From assembly GCF_030384885.1 (NCBI RefSeq), contig NZ_CP128613.1: a stretch of 64,000 bases of DNA. One strand, 5' to 3'. The notes beneath the pieces are model-generated. The model had not been told where the DNA came from and searched no databases. It saw only the letters and a list, made by a program, of their open reading frames with translations. A program made the position numbers and the translations under genes. Of this stretch, positions 29,245 to 45,947 are shown in pieces. The stretch's first letter is position 1. Every line of letters begins with the position of its first letter. This DNA comes from Escherichia coli. GTDB taxonomy: Bacteria > Pseudomonadota > Gammaproteobacteria > Enterobacterales > Enterobacteriaceae.

Positions 29245-30177
29245 GTGGATAAAATTTTCGTTGATGAAGCAGTAAATGAGCTGCAAACCATTCAGGACAT
29301 GTTGCGCTGGTCGGTGAGCCGCTTCAGCGCGGCAAATATCTGGTACGGCCACGGCACCGATAACCCGTGGGATGAAGCCGTACAACTGGTGCTGCCATCG
29401 CTCTACCTGCCGCTGGATATTCCGGAAGATATGCGCACCGCGCGTCTGACTTCCAGCGAAAAACACCGTATTGTTGAGCGCGTGATCCGCCGCGTCAACG
29501 AACGCATTCCGGTGGCCTACCTGACCAACAAAGCCTGGTTCTGCGGTCATGAATTTTACGTCGATGAACGTGTGCTGGTGCCGCGCTCGCCGATTGGTGA
29601 ACTTATCAACAATAAATTTGCCGGACTCATCAGCAAGCAACCGCAACACATTTTAGATATGTGCACCGGAAGCGGCTGTATTGCGATTGCCTGCGCTTAT
29701 GCCTTTCCGGAAGCAGAAGTCGACGCGGTAGACATCTCTCCTGACGCGCTGGCGGTTGCTGAACAGAACATCGAAGAACATGGTCTGATCCACAACGTCA
29801 TTCCGATTCGTTCCGATCTGTTCCGGGACTTGCCGAAAGTGCAGTACGACCTGATCGTCACTAACCCGCCGTACGTTGATGCGGAAGATATGTCCGACCT
29901 GCCAAATGAATACCGTCACGAGCCGGAACTGGGTCTGGCATCTGGTACTGACGGCCTGAAACTGACGCGTCGTATTCTCGGTAATGCGGCAGATTACCTT
30001 GCTGATGATGGCGTGCTGATTTGTGAAGTCGGCAACAGCATGGTACATCTTATGGAACAATATCCAGATGTTCCGTTCACCTGGCTGGAGTTTGATAACG
30101 GCGGTGATGGTGTGTTTATGCTCACCAAAGAGCAGCTTATTGCTGCACAAGAACATTTCGCGATTTATAAAGATTAA
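29245..30177 (+). CDS. prmB: Ribosomal protein uL3 glutamine N5-methyltransferase PrmB
   Basis: 310 aa with NPPY motif. Confidence 0.93.
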   Translation: MDKIFVDEAVNELQTIQDMLRWSVSRFSAANIWYGHGTDNPWDEAVQLVLPSLYLPLDIPEDMRTARLTSSEKHRIVERVIRRVNERIPVAYLTNKAWFCGHEFYVDERVLVPRSPIGELINNKFAGLISKQPQHILDMCTGSGCIAIACAYAFPEAEVDAVDISPDALAVAEQNIEEHGLIHNVIPIRSDLFRDLPKVQYDLIVTNPPYVDAEDMSDLPNEYRHEPELGLASGTDGLKLTRRILGNAADYLADDGVLICEVGNSMVHLMEQYPDVPFTWLEFDNGGDGVFMLTKEQLIAAQEHFAIYKD

Positions 30178-30211
30178 GTAAACACGCAAACACAACAATA
30201 ACGGAGCCGTG

Positions 30212-31297
30212 ATGGCTGGAAACACAATTGGACAACTCTTTCGCGTAACCACCTTCGGCGAATCGCACGGGCTGGCGCTCGGCTGCATCGTCGATGGTGT
30301 TCCGCCAGGTATTCCGCTGACGGAAGCGGACCTGCAACACGATCTCGACCGTCGTCGCCCTGGGACATCGCGCTATACCACCCAGCGTCGTGAGCCAGAT
30401 CAGGTCAAAATTCTCTCCGGTGTTTTTGAAGGCGTTACTACCGGCACTAGCATTGGTTTACTGATCGAAAACACTGACCAGCGTTCTCAGGATTACAGCG
30501 CAATTAAAGACGTTTTCCGTCCAGGCCATGCCGATTATACCTACGAACAAAAATATGGCCTGCGCGATTATCGCGGCGGCGGTCGTTCTTCCGCTCGCGA
30601 AACCGCCATGCGCGTTGCAGCAGGGGCGATTGCCAAAAAATATCTCGCTGAGAAATTTGGTATAGAAATTCGCGGCTGCTTGACCCAAATGGGCGACATT
30701 CCGCTGGAAATCAAAGACTGGTCTCAGGTCGAGCAAAATCCATTCTTCTGCCCGGATCCGGACAAAATCGAAGCCTTAGATGAACTGATGCGCGCGCTGA
30801 AAAAAGAGGGCGACTCTATTGGCGCGAAAGTCACCGTGGTGGCCAGTGGCGTCCCTGCCGGACTTGGCGAGCCGGTCTTTGATCGCCTTGATGCTGACAT
30901 CGCCCATGCGCTAATGAGCATTAACGCGGTGAAAGGTGTGGAAATTGGTGATGGTTTTGACGTGGTAGCGCTGCGTGGCAGCCAGAACCGTGACGAAATC
31001 ACCAAAGACGGTTTCCAGAGCAACCATGCGGGCGGTATTCTCGGCGGCATCAGCAGCGGGCAGCAAATCATTGCCCATATGGCGCTGAAACCGACCTCCA
31101 GCATTACTGTGCCTGGACGCACCATTAACCGCTTTGGCGAAGAAGTTGAGATGATCACCAAAGGCCGTCACGATCCTTGTGTTGGGATCCGCGCGGTGCC
31201 GATCGCGGAAGCGATGCTGGCGATCGTTTTAATGGATCACCTGTTACGGCAACGGGCGCAAAATGCTGATGTGAAGACTGATATTCCACGCTGGTAA
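30212..31297 (+). CDS. aroC: Chorismate synthase
   Basis: 361 aa from [20 protein letters not shown]. Confidence 0.95.
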
Positions 31298-31299
31298 AA

Positions 31300-32124
31300 A
31301 TGAACAAAACTGCGATTGCGCTGCTGGCCCTGCTTGCCAGTAGCGCCAGCCTGGCAGCGACGCCGTGGCAAAAAATAACCCAACCTGTGCCGGGTAGTGC
31401 ACAATCGATAGGCAGTTTTTCAAATGGCTGTATCGTTGGTGCTGACACGCTGCCGATACAGTCCGAACATTATCAGGTCATGCGTACCGATCAGCGTCGC
31501 TATTTCGGGCACCCGGACCTGGTGATGTTTATCCAGCGTCTGAGTAGCCAGGTGAGCAATCTGGGTATGGGCACGGTGCTGATTGGCGATATGGGAATGC
31601 CTGCTGGTGGGCGTTTCAATGGCGGTCACGCCAGTCATCAGACCGGACTGGATGTGGACATCTTCCTGCAACTGCCGAAAAAACGCTGGACCTCCGCGCA
31701 ACTCTTGCGCCCACAAGCATTAGATTTGGTTTCCCGCGACGGTAAACACGTTGTCCCCACGCTGTGGAAGCCCGAAATTTTCAGCTTGATTAAACTCGCC
31801 GCGCAGGACAAAGACGTCACGCGCATTTTTGTTAATCCGGCGATTAAACAACAACTTTGCCTTGATGCGGGCACCGATCGCGACTGGTTGCGCAAAGTGC
31901 GACCCTGGTTCCAGCATCGCGCCCATATGCATGTACGATTACGTTGTCCTGCCGATAGCCTGGAGTGTGAAGATCAACCTTTACCGCCACCGGGCGATGG
32001 TTGCGGGGCAGAACTGCAAAGCTGGTTTGAACCACCAAAACCGGGAACAACAAAGCCTGAGAAGAAGACACCGCCTCCGTTGCCGCCTTCCTGCCAGGCG
32101 CTACTGGATGAGCACGTGATCTAA
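31300..32124 (+). CDS. mepA: Penicillin-insensitive murein DD-endopeptidase MepA
   Basis: 274 aa with signal peptide. Confidence 0.93.
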
Positions 32125-32933
32125 TGGAAACGTTTAATAGCCTGTTTATGGTTTCCCCGCTATTACTGGGACTCCTCTTTTTTGTCGCCATACTGGCGGG
32201 ATTTATCGACTCTATTGCCGGGGGCGGTGGGCTACTCACCATTCCGGCATTAATGGCGGCGGGGATGTCTCCGGCTAACGCGCTGGCAACCAATAAACTG
32301 CAAGCCTGCGGTGGCTCTATTTCTGCCACTATCTACTTTATTCGGCGCAAAGTGGTTAGCTTAAGCGATCAGAAACTTAATATCGCCATGACCTTTATCG
32401 GCTCAATGAGCGGCGCTTTGCTGGTGCAGTACGTTCAGGCTGATGTCTTGCGGCAGATTTTGCCCATTCTGGTGATTTGTATTGGTCTTTATTTCTTACT
32501 GATGCCCAAATTGGGAGAAGAAGATCGCCAGCGTCGGATGTATGGACTGCCATTTGCGCTGGTGGCGGGGGGCTGCGTTGGTTTTTACGATGGATTCTTT
32601 GGCCCGGCTGCCGGATCGTTTTACGCGTTAGCCTTCGTTACGCTGTGCGGCTTTAACCTCGCCAAAGCCACGGCCCACGCCAAATTACTCAACGCAACGT
32701 CAAACATCGGCGGTTTGCTGCTGTTTATTCTCGGCGGCAAAGTGATTTGGGCGACAGGATTTGTGATGCTGGTGGGGCAGTTCCTCGGCGCGCGCATGGG
32801 GTCAAGACTGGTGTTGAGCAAAGGACAAAAGCTGATTCGCCCGATGATTGTTATCGTCTCGGCGGTGATGAGTGCCAAATTACTTTATGATAGCCACGGA
32901 CAGGAGATCCTCAACTGGTTGGGGATGAACTAA
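32124..32933 (+). CDS. yfcA: TauE/SafE-family inner-membrane protein YfcA
   Basis: 269 aa polytopic membrane protein; start overlaps mepA stop. Confidence 0.9.
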   Translation: METFNSLFMVSPLLLGLLFFVAILAGFIDSIAGGGGLLTIPALMAAGMSPANALATNKLQACGGSISATIYFIRRKVVSLSDQKLNIAMTFIGSMSGALLVQYVQADVLRQILPILVICIGLYFLLMPKLGEEDRQRRMYGLPFALVAGGCVGFYDGFFGPAAGSFYALAFVTLCGFNLAKATAHAKLLNATSNIGGLLLFILGGKVIWATGFVMLVGQFLGARMGSRLVLSKGQKLIRPMIVIVSAVMSAKLLYDSHGQEILNWLGMN

Positions 32934-33481
32934 TGAATAGTACACACCACTATGAGCAGTTGATTAAAATTTTTAATAGCTGCTTTGCCGATGAATTTAA
33001 TACCCGTCTGATTAAAGGCGACGACGAACCGATCTATCTTCCTGCTGATGCGGAAGTACCGTATAACCGAATCGTCTTCGCTCATGGCTTTTATGCCAGC
33101 GCCATCCACGAGATTTCGCACTGGTGTATTGCCGGGAAAGCGCGCCGTGAGCTGGTTGATTTCGGCTACTGGTATTGCCCGGACGGACGCGATGCCCAGA
33201 CGCAAAGTCAGTTTGAAGCTGTTGAAGTGAAGCCGCAGGCGCTGGACTGGTTGTTCTGTGTGGCGGCGGGATATCCGTTTAATGTCAGTTGCGACAATCT
33301 GGAAGGGGATTTCGAACCGGACCGCGTGGTATTTCAACGGCGGGTACATGCACAGGTGATGGATTATCTGGCAAACGGTATTCCCGAGCGTCCGGCACGC
33401 TTCATTAAAGCACTACAAAATTATTATCACACGCCGGAACTTACGGCGGAACAGTTCCCGTGGCCGGAAGCGCTCAACTGA
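32933..33481 (+). CDS. epmC: EF-P beta-lysyl-lysine hydroxylase EpmC (YfcM)
   Basis: 182 aa; start overlaps yfcA stop. Confidence 0.9.
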   Translation: MNSTHHYEQLIKIFNSCFADEFNTRLIKGDDEPIYLPADAEVPYNRIVFAHGFYASAIHEISHWCIAGKARRELVDFGYWYCPDGRDAQTQSQFEAVEVKPQALDWLFCVAAGYPFNVSCDNLEGDFEPDRVVFQRRVHAQVMDYLANGIPERPARFIKALQNYYHTPELTAEQFPWPEALN

Positions 33482-33514
33482 AGCCTGCGCCACGTTTTAC
33501 AATGAGGAAAGAAG

Positions 33515-33793
33515 ATGATCGCGGAGTTTGAATCACGCATTCTGGCATTAATCGACGGTATGGTTGACCATGCCAGTGATGATGAGTTGTTTGCCAGTGG
33601 GTATTTGCGTGGCCACCTGACATTAGCCATCGCAGAACTGGAAAGTGGTGATGACCACTCCGCCCAGGCGGTACATACGACCGTTAGCCAGAGTCTGGAA
33701 AAAGCCATTGGTGCCGGTGAGTTGTCGCCGCGAGACCAGGCGCTGGTGACCGATATGTGGGAAAACCTGTTTCAGCAGGCGTCACAGCAGTAA
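33515..33793 (+). CDS. yfcL: Small protein YfcL
   Basis: 92-aa conserved ORF in expected position. Confidence 0.85.
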
Positions 33794-33800
33794 GTAATGT

Positions 33801-33830
33801 GCCGGATAAGGCGTTCACGCCGCATCCGGC
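33801..33830. repeat. REP (repetitive extragenic palindrome) element
   Basis: GCCGGATAAGGCGTTCACGCCGCATCCGGC. Confidence 0.6.
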
Positions 33831-33848
33831 AAACACTGCCAAAGCAGA

Positions 33849-35921
<2,073 letters not shown>

Positions 35922-35930
35922 CTATTAATT

Positions 35931-35966
35931 GGCTGATCGGACTTGTTCGGCGTACAAGTGTACGCT
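35931..35966. promoter_or_regulatory. fabB promoter FabR / FadR binding region
   Basis: Reverse complement reads AGCGTACACTTGTACGCCGAACAAGTCCGATCAGCC, the palindromic FabR-type site recalled from fabB. Confidence 0.6.
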
Positions 35967-36013
35967 ATTGTGCATTCGAAACTTACTCTATGTGCGACTT
36001 ACAGAGGTATTGA

Positions 36014-37234
36014 ATGAAACGTGCAGTGATTACTGGCCTGGGCATTGTTTCCAGCATCGGTAATAACCAGCAGGAAGTCCTGGCATCTCTGCGTGAAGGA
36101 CGTTCAGGGATCACTTTCTCTCAGGAGCTGAAGGATTCCGGCATGCGTAGCCACGTCTGGGGCAACGTAAAACTGGATACCACTGGCCTCATTGACCGCA
36201 AAGTTGTGCGCTTTATGAGCGACGCATCCATTTATGCATTCCTTTCTATGGAGCAGGCAATTGCAGATGCTGGCCTCTCCCCGGAAGCTTATCAGAATAA
36301 CCCGCGCGTTGGCCTGATTGCAGGTTCTGGCGGCGGTTCCCCGCGTTTCCAGGTGTTCGGTGCTGACGCTATGCGTAGCCCGCGCGGCCTGAAAGCGGTT
36401 GGCCCGTATGTGGTCACCAAAGCGATGGCATCTGGCGTTTCTGCCTGCCTCGCCACGCCGTTTAAAATTCACGGCGTTAACTACTCCATCAGCTCCGCGT
36501 GTGCGACTTCCGCACACTGTATCGGTAACGCAGTAGAGCAGATCCAACTGGGCAAACAGGACATCGTGTTTGCTGGCGGCGGCGAAGAGCTGTGCTGGGA
36601 AATGGCTTGCGAATTCGACGCGATGGGCGCGCTGTCTACTAAATACAACGACACCCCAGAAAAAGCCTCCCGTACTTACGACGCTCACCGTGACGGTTTC
36701 GTTATCGCTGGCGGCGGCGGTATGGTGGTGGTTGAAGAGCTGGAACACGCGCTGGCGCGTGGGGCTCACATCTATGCTGAAATCGTTGGTTACGGCGCAA
36801 CGTCTGATGGTGCAGACATGGTTGCTCCGTCTGGCGAAGGCGCAGTTCGCTGCATGCAGATGGCGATGCACGGTGTTGATACGCCAATCGACTACCTGAA
36901 CTCTCACGGTACTTCAACTCCGGTTGGCGACGTGAAAGAGCTGGCGGCTATCCGTGAAGTATTCGGTGATAAGAGCCCGGCGATTTCTGCAACCAAAGCA
37001 ATGACCGGTCACTCTCTGGGCGCTGCGGGTGTGCAGGAAGCTATCTACTCTCTGCTGATGCTGGAACACGGCTTTATCGCACCGAGCATCAACATTGAAG
37101 AGCTGGACGAGCAGGCTGCGGGTCTGAACATTGTGACCGAAACGACCGATCGCGAACTGACTACCGTTATGTCTAACAGCTTCGGCTTCGGTGGCACCAA
37201 CGCCACGCTGGTAATGCGTAAGCTGAAAGATTAA
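36014..37234 (+). CDS. fabB: 3-oxoacyl-ACP synthase I (KAS I)
   Basis: 406 aa with active-site Cys region ..[12 protein letters not shown].. Confidence 0.96.
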   Translation: MKRAVITGLGIVSSIGNNQQEVLASLREGRSGITFSQELKDSGMRSHVWGNVKLDTTGLIDRKVVRFMSDASIYAFLSMEQAIADAGLSPEAYQNNPRVGLIAGSGGGSPRFQVFGADAMRSPRGLKAVGPYVVTKAMASGVSACLATPFKIHGVNYSISSACATSAHCIGNAVEQIQLGKQDIVFAGGGEELCWEMACEFDAMGALSTKYNDTPEKASRTYDAHRDGFVIAGGGGMVVVEELEHALARGAHIYAEIVGYGATSDGADMVAPSGEGAVRCMQMAMHGVDTPIDYLNSHGTSTPVGDVKELAAIREVFGDKSPAISATKAMTGHSLGAAGVQEAIYSLLMLEHGFIAPSINIEELDEQAAGLNIVTETTDRELTTVMSNSFGFGGTNATLVMRKLKD

Positions 37235-37240
37235 TTCGGA

Positions 37241-37276
37241 GTAGGTCGGATAAGACGCGTCAGCGTCGCATCCGAC
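37241..37276. repeat. REP element
   Basis: GTAGGTCGGATAAGACGCGTCAGCGTCGCATCCGAC. Confidence 0.6.
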
Positions 37277-37310
37277 GATACGCGCCAGTGCCGCTTCCGG
37301 CACTAAAGAA

Positions 37311-37338
37311 AAAGGGAACCCGATGGTTCCCTTTTTCA
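37311..37338 (+). terminator. Rho-independent terminator after fabB
   Basis: AAAGGGAACC-CGAT-GGTTCCCTTTTT. Confidence 0.65.
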
Positions 37339-37497
37339 CATCATTGACAATCGCCGCCTGTTCCAGGCAAACTTCCCGCTTTGTCGATTTCCTTCTGAAA
37401 AGACGTACGCGTTAAATCCTGCCAACGCGTACCGTAACCCTGAAACCAGAGAGATGAGACGGGGAAATTCCTCGCCTCGCGCTGCATTCTGGAGTAA

Positions 37498-39671
<2,174 letters not shown>

Positions 39672-39769
39672 TACGTATCCTTATACCTGAAATCATCGCA
39701 AGTATGCCTGGCCGCGAGATTATGGCACACTTGTCCGGTTAACTCTCGTCTCATACAGGTAACACAAAC

Positions 39770-40906
39770 GTGAAAATCCTTGTTGATGAAAATATGCCTT
39801 ATGCCCGCGACTTATTTAGCCGTTTGGGTGAGGTGACTGCGGTTCCGGGGCGTCCAATCCCAGTAGCTCAACTGGCAGATGCGGATGCGCTGATGGTGCG
39901 TTCGGTCACCAAAGTGAATGAATCTTTGCTGGCAGGAAAACCCATTAAATATGTTGGCACAGCCACAGCGGGAACCGACCATGTCGATGAAGCATGGTTA
40001 AAGCAGGCGGGAATTGGTTTTTCCGCAGCACCTGGCTGTAATGCGATTGCGGTGGTGGAATATGTTTTCTCCTCACTGCTGATGCTTGCTGAACGCGATG
40101 GATTTTCACTGCATGAGCGTACCGTGGGGATCGTGGGCGTTGGTAACGTTGGTCGGCGTTTACAGGCGCGACTGGAAGCGCTGGGGATCAAAACCTTGCT
40201 TTGCGATCCGCCGCGTGCCGATCGTGGGGATGAGGGCGATTTCCGTTCGTTGGATGAATTAGTCCAGCATGCGGATATCCTGACATTCCATACGCCACTC
40301 TTTAAAGACGGACCGTACAAAACGCTGCATCTGGCGGACGAAAAACTGATTCGTAACCTGAAGCCGGGAGCGATCTTGATTAACGCCTGCCGTGGCGCAG
40401 TCGTCGATAATACTGCCCTGTTGACCTGTCTGAATGAAGGTCAGAAGTTAAGCGTTGTGCTGGATGTCTGGGAAGGCGAACCGGAACTCAACGTGGAATT
40501 GCTGAAAAAAGTGGATATCGGCACGCCGCATATTGCGGGTTACACCCTCGAAGGTAAAGCCCGTGGCACTACGCAAGTATTTGAAGCGTATAGCAAGTTT
40601 ATTGGGCGTGAGCAACACGTTGCGCTTGATACGTTGCTACCCGCGCCAGAGTTTGGCCGTATTACACTGCATGGTCCGCTCGATCAACCGACGCTGAAAA
40701 GGCTGGTGCATTTGGTGTATGATGTGCGCCGCGATGACGCACCGCTGCGTAAAGTCGCCGGGATACCGGGTGAGTTCGATAAACTGCGCAAAAACTATCT
40801 TGAGCGCCGTGAATGGTCATCTCTGTATGTGATTTGTGATGACGCCAGTGCGGCATCATTGCTGTGTAAACTGGGTTTTAACGCCGTTCATCATCCGGCA
40901 CGTTAA
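39770..40906 (+). CDS. pdxB: Erythronate-4-phosphate dehydrogenase
   Basis: 378 aa D-2-hydroxyacid dehydrogenase family. Confidence 0.93.
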   Translation: MKILVDENMPYARDLFSRLGEVTAVPGRPIPVAQLADADALMVRSVTKVNESLLAGKPIKYVGTATAGTDHVDEAWLKQAGIGFSAAPGCNAIAVVEYVFSSLLMLAERDGFSLHERTVGIVGVGNVGRRLQARLEALGIKTLLCDPPRADRGDEGDFRSLDELVQHADILTFHTPLFKDGPYKTLHLADEKLIRNLKPGAILINACRGAVVDNTALLTCLNEGQKLSVVLDVWEGEPELNVELLKKVDIGTPHIAGYTLEGKARGTTQVFEAYSKFIGREQHVALDTLLPAPEFGRITLHGPLDQPTLKRLVHLVYDVRRDDAPLRKVAGIPGEFDKLRKNYLERREWSSLYVICDDASAASLLCKLGFNAVHHPAR

Positions 40907-40971
40907 TCTCTTCTTCATGCTCTCTGCTGTAATATTGGCAGGGAGCTTTGCTATTTCTGGAGTAAACCACC

Positions 40972-41985
40972 ATGTCTGAAGGCTGGAACATTGCCGTCCT
41001 GGGCGCAACTGGCGCTGTGGGCGAAGCCCTGCTTGAAACGCTGGCTGAACGTCAGTTCCCGGTTGGGGAAATTTATGCACTGGCACGTAACGAAAGCGCA
41101 GGCGAACAACTGCGCTTTGGTGGTAAGACAATCACCGTGCAGGATGCCGCTGAATTCGACTGGACGCAGGCGCAACTGGCGTTTTTTGTCGCAGGCAAAG
41201 AAGCTACCGCTGCCTGGGTTGAAGAAGCGACCAACTCAGGTTGCCTGGTGATCGATAGCAGCGGATTGTTTGCTCTCGAACCTGACGTACCGCTGGTGGT
41301 GCCGGAAGTAAACCCGTTTGTACTGACCGATTACCGCAACCGAAATGTCATCGCCGTACCGGACAGTCTGACCAGCCAGCTGCTGGCGGCACTGAAACCG
41401 TTAATCGATCAGGGCGGTTTGTCACGTATCAGCGTCACCAGCCTGATTTCTGCCTCCGCCCAGGGTAAAAAAGCGGTCGATGCGTTAGCAGGGCAGAGCG
41501 CGAAACTGCTGAACGGTATTCCGATTGACGAAGAAGATTTCTTCGGTCGTCAGCTGGCGTTCAATATGCTGCCGTTACTGCCGGATAGCGAAGGTAGCGT
41601 GCGTGAAGAACGTCGTATCGTTGACGAAGTACGCAAAATCCTGCAAGACGAAGGGCTGATGATTTCGGCAAGCGTCGTCCAGGCACCGGTTTTCTACGGT
41701 CATGCCCAGATGGTCAACTTTGAAGCACTGCGTCCGCTGGCGGCAGAAGAAGCGCGTGATGCGTTTGCCCAGGGCGAAGATATTGTGCTCTCTGAAGAGA
41801 ACGAATTCCCGACGCAGGTGGGGGATGCTTCTGGTACGCCGCATCTTTCCGTTGGCTGTGTACGCAATGACTACGGTATGCCGGAGCAAGTCCAGTTCTG
41901 GTCAGTGGCCGATAACGTTCGCTTTGGCGGCGCGCTGATGGCAGTAAAAATCGCCGAGAAACTGGTGCAGGAGTATCTGTACTAA
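40972..41985 (+). CDS. usg: Aspartate-semialdehyde dehydrogenase paralogue Usg
   Basis: 337 aa. Confidence 0.9.
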   Translation: MSEGWNIAVLGATGAVGEALLETLAERQFPVGEIYALARNESAGEQLRFGGKTITVQDAAEFDWTQAQLAFFVAGKEATAAWVEEATNSGCLVIDSSGLFALEPDVPLVVPEVNPFVLTDYRNRNVIAVPDSLTSQLLAALKPLIDQGGLSRISVTSLISASAQGKKAVDALAGQSAKLLNGIPIDEEDFFGRQLAFNMLPLLPDSEGSVREERRIVDEVRKILQDEGLMISASVVQAPVFYGHAQMVNFEALRPLAAEEARDAFAQGEDIVLSEENEFPTQVGDASGTPHLSVGCVRNDYGMPEQVQFWSVADNVRFGGALMAVKIAEKLVQEYLY

Positions 41986-42797
41986 TGTCCGACCAGCAAC
42001 AACCGCCAGTTTACAAAATTGCGCTGGGCATTGAGTACGACGGCAGTAAGTATTACGGCTGGCAACGGCAGAACGAAGTACGCAGTGTGCAGGAGAAACT
42101 GGAAAAGGCACTCTCTCAGGTGGCGAACGAACCGATCACCGTCTTTTGTGCCGGGCGTACCGACGCAGGCGTACACGGTACAGGGCAGGTTGTGCATTTC
42201 GAAACTACCGCGCAGCGTAAAGACGCTGCGTGGACGTTGGGCGTAAATGCGAATTTACCTGGTGACATCGCCGTGCGTTGGGTTAAAGCTGTACCTGATG
42301 ATTTTCATGCCCGATTTAGCGCCACGGCTCGCCGTTATCGCTACATCATCTACAATCATCGGCTGCGTCCGGCAGTGCTGAGTAAAGGGGTAACCCATTT
42401 TTACGAACCGCTGGACGCTGAACGGATGCATCGGGCCGCGCAATGCCTGCTGGGCGAGAATGATTTCACCTCGTTCCGTGCGGTGCAGTGCCAGTCCCGA
42501 ACCCCGTGGCGCAACGTTATGCATATTAATGTCACGCGTCACGGTCCTTATGTGGTGGTAGATATCAAAGCAAATGCCTTTGTACATCATATGGTGAGGA
42601 ATATTGTCGGCAGCCTGATGGAAGTCGGTGCCAACAACCAGCCGGAGAGCTGGATAGCAGAACTGCTGGCAGCAAAGGACAGAACGCTGGCGGCAGCAAC
42701 GGCAAAAGCGGAAGGGCTGTATCTGGTCGCGGTGGATTACCCTGACCGGTTTGATCTTCCAAAACCGCCAATGGGCCCGCTATTTCTGGCGGACTAA
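41985..42797 (+). CDS. truA: tRNA pseudouridine(38-40) synthase TruA
   Basis: 270 aa; start overlaps usg stop. Confidence 0.95.
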   Translation: MSDQQQPPVYKIALGIEYDGSKYYGWQRQNEVRSVQEKLEKALSQVANEPITVFCAGRTDAGVHGTGQVVHFETTAQRKDAAWTLGVNANLPGDIAVRWVKAVPDDFHARFSATARRYRYIIYNHRLRPAVLSKGVTHFYEPLDAERMHRAAQCLLGENDFTSFRAVQCQSRTPWRNVMHINVTRHGPYVVVDIKANAFVHHMVRNIVGSLMEVGANNQPESWIAELLAAKDRTLAAATAKAEGLYLVAVDYPDRFDLPKPPMGPLFLAD

Positions 42798-42879
42798 CGA
42801 GAATAAAGCTCGGAAAATTTCAGGCTGTAGCCAACGTAGTTACGGCCTGAAAGATGACGAGTACAAGGCATAGGCTAAT

Positions 42880-43539
42880 ATGGACCTGATTTATTTCCTC
42901 ATCGATTTTATCCTGCACATTGACGTGCATCTGGCAGAACTGGTCGCAGAGTATGGCGTCTGGGTTTATGCCATTTTGTTCTTAATTTTGTTCTGTGAAA
43001 CCGGTCTGGTGGTAACGCCGTTCTTACCGGGAGATTCGCTGCTGTTTGTTGCAGGGGCACTGGCCTCGCTTGAAACCAACGATCTCAATGTTCATATGAT
43101 GGTCGTACTGATGTTAATTGCCGCGATTGTTGGTGATGCGGTCAACTACACCATAGGACGGTTGTTCGGTGAAAAGTTATTCAGTAATCCCAATTCGAAA
43201 ATTTTCCGTCGCAGCTATCTCGACAAAACCCATCAGTTTTATGAGAAACATGGCGGCAAAACCATTATTCTCGCCCGTTTTGTGCCGATCGTCAGAACGT
43301 TCGCCCCGTTTGTTGCGGGAATGGGCCACATGTCGTACCGTCATTTCGCTGCCTATAACGTGATCGGCGCACTGTTGTGGGTACTGCTTTTTACCTACGC
43401 AGGCTATTTCTTCGGTACAATTCCGATGGTTCAGGATAACCTTAAGCTGCTGATCGTCGGGATTATTGTGGTTTCCATTTTGCCGGGCGTCATCGAAATT
43501 ATCCGTCACAAACGCGCTGCGGCACGCGCCGCAAAATAA
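42880..43539 (+). CDS. dedA: DedA-family inner-membrane protein
   Basis: 219 aa. Confidence 0.92.
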   Translation: MDLIYFLIDFILHIDVHLAELVAEYGVWVYAILFLILFCETGLVVTPFLPGDSLLFVAGALASLETNDLNVHMMVVLMLIAAIVGDAVNYTIGRLFGEKLFSNPNSKIFRRSYLDKTHQFYEKHGGKTIILARFVPIVRTFAPFVAGMGHMSYRHFAAYNVIGALLWVLLFTYAGYFFGTIPMVQDNLKLLIVGIIVVSILPGVIEIIRHKRAAARAAK

Positions 43540-43694
43540 AAAGTAACTCCGCGGTTCGACCACTTTTTTATCCAAAGTTTCGGGCTGTTATGTTTTAATG
43601 TGCAACATTCATGGTCTGTTGGGGGCAAAAATGGCATTATGCGTCCCCAAAGATAAAACTGGCATCGAACCAGGTTCAGACAGAAAGGTCCCTA

Positions 43695-44609
43695 ATGAGC
43701 TGGATTGAACGAATTAAAAGCAACATTACTCCCACCCGCAAGGCGAGCATTCCTGAAGGTGTGTGGACTAAGTGTGATAGCTGCGGTCAGGTTTTATACC
43801 GCGCTGAGCTGGAACGTAATCTTGAGGTCTGTCCGAAGTGTGACCATCACATGCGTATGACAGCGCGTAATCGCCTGCATAGCCTGTTAGATGAAGGAAG
43901 CCTTGTGGAGCTGGGTAGCGAGCTTGAGCCGAAAGATGTGCTGAAGTTTCGTGACTCCAAGAAGTATAAAGACCGTCTGGCATCTGCGCAGAAAGAAACC
44001 GGCGAAAAAGATGCGCTGGTGGTGATGAAAGGCACCCTGTATGGAATGCCGGTTGTCGCTGCGGCATTCGAGTTCGCCTTTATGGGCGGTTCCATGGGGT
44101 CTGTGGTAGGTGCACGTTTCGTACGTGCCGTTGAGCAGGCGCTGGAAGATAACTGCCCGCTGATCTGCTTCTCCGCCTCTGGTGGCGCACGTATGCAGGA
44201 AGCACTGATGTCGCTGATGCAGATGGCGAAAACCTCTGCGGCACTGGCAAAAATGCAGGAGCGCGGCTTGCCGTACATCTCCGTGCTGACTGACCCGACC
44301 ATGGGCGGTGTTTCTGCAAGTTTCGCCATGCTGGGCGATCTCAATATTGCTGAACCGAAAGCGTTAATCGGCTTTGCCGGTCCGCGTGTTATCGAACAGA
44401 CCGTTCGCGAAAAACTGCCGCCAGGATTCCAGCGCAGTGAATTCCTGATCGAGAAAGGTGCGATCGACATGATCGTCCGTCGTCCGGAAATGCGCCTGAA
44501 ACTGGCGAGTATTCTGGCGAAGTTGATGAATTTGCCAGCGCCGAATCCTGAAGCGCCGCGTGAAGGCGTAGTGGTGCCACCGGTACCGGATCAGGAACCT
44601 GAGGCCTGA
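43695..44609 (+). CDS. accD: Acetyl-CoA carboxylase carboxyltransferase beta subunit
   Basis: 304 aa from [10 protein letters not shown].. with CxxC..CxxC zinc finger. Confidence 0.95.
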
Positions 44610-44678
44610 TAACTGATAAGGGCAGGGCCACTGGCTCTGCCCTTTTGCTATTCTCACCGTAACGAATCAGCGGATACC

Positions 44679-45947
44679 ATGATTATCAAACGCACTCCTC
44701 AAGCCGCGTCGCCTCTGGCTTCGTGGCTTTCTTATCTGGAAAACCTGCACAGTAAAACTATCGATCTTGGCCTTGAGCGCGTAAGCCAGGTCGCGGCACG
44801 TCTTGGCGTTCTGAAACCAGCGCCATTTGTGTTTACCGTTGCGGGTACGAATGGCAAAGGCACCACCTGCCGTACGCTGGAGTCGATTCTGATGGCGGCA
44901 GGGTACAGAGTGGGCGTCTACAGTTCGCCGCATCTGGTGCGTTATACCGAGCGCGTACGTGTGCAGGGCCAGGAATTGCCGGAATCGGCCCACACAGCCT
45001 CTTTTGCGGAGATTGAATCGGCACGCGGTGATATTTCCCTGACCTATTTCGAGTACGGTACGTTGTCGGCGTTGTGGCTGTTCAAACAGGCACAACTTGA
45101 CGTGGTGATTCTGGAAGTAGGGCTGGGCGGACGTCTGGATGCAACCAATATTGTCGATGCTGATGTTGCGGTGGTGACCAGCATTGCGCTGGATCATACC
45201 GACTGGTTGGGGCCAGATCGCGAAAGCATTGGTCGTGAGAAAGCAGGGATTTTCCGCAATGAAAAACCGGCAATTGTCGGAGAGCCTGAAATGCCTTCTA
45301 CCATTGCTGATGTGGCGCAGGAAAAAGGTGCACTGTTACAACGTCGGGGCGTTGAGTGGAACTATTCCGTCAGTGACAATGACTGGACGTTTAGCGATGC
45401 TCACGGCACGCTGGAAAATCTGCCGTTGCCGCTTGTCCCGCAACCGAATGCCGCAACGGCGCTGGCGGCACTGCGTGCCAGCGGGCTGGAGGTCAGTGAA
45501 AATGCCATTCGCGACGGGATTGCCAGCGCAATTTTGCCGGGACGTTTCCAGATTGTGAGCGAGTCGCCACGCGTTATTTTTGATGTCGCGCATAATCCAC
45601 ATGCGGCGGAATATCTCACCGGGCGTATGAAAGCGCTACCGAAAAACGGGCGCGTGCTGGCGGTTATCGGTATGCTACATGATAAAGATATTGCCGGAAC
45701 TCTGGCCTGGTTGAAAAGCGTGGTTGATGACTGGTATTGTGCGCCACTGGAAGGGCCGCGCGGTGCCACGGCAGAACAACTGCTTGAGCATTTGGGTAAC
45801 GGCAAATCATTTGATAGCGTGGCGCAGGCATGGGATGCCGCAATGGCGGACGCTAAAGCGGAAGATACCGTGCTGGTGTGTGGTTCGTTCCACACGGTCG
45901 CACATGTCATGGAAGTGATTGACGCGAGGAGAAGCGGTGGCAAGTAA
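44679..45947 (+). CDS. folC: Dihydrofolate synthase / folylpolyglutamate synthase
   Basis: 422 aa. Confidence 0.95.
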   Translation: MIIKRTPQAASPLASWLSYLENLHSKTIDLGLERVSQVAARLGVLKPAPFVFTVAGTNGKGTTCRTLESILMAAGYRVGVYSSPHLVRYTERVRVQGQELPESAHTASFAEIESARGDISLTYFEYGTLSALWLFKQAQLDVVILEVGLGGRLDATNIVDADVAVVTSIALDHTDWLGPDRESIGREKAGIFRNEKPAIVGEPEMPSTIADVAQEKGALLQRRGVEWNYSVSDNDWTFSDAHGTLENLPLPLVPQPNAATALAALRASGLEVSENAIRDGIASAILPGRFQIVSESPRVIFDVAHNPHAAEYLTGRMKALPKNGRVLAVIGMLHDKDIAGTLAWLKSVVDDWYCAPLEGPRGATAEQLLEHLGNGKSFDSVAQAWDAAMADAKAEDTVLVCGSFHTVAHVMEVIDARRSGGK

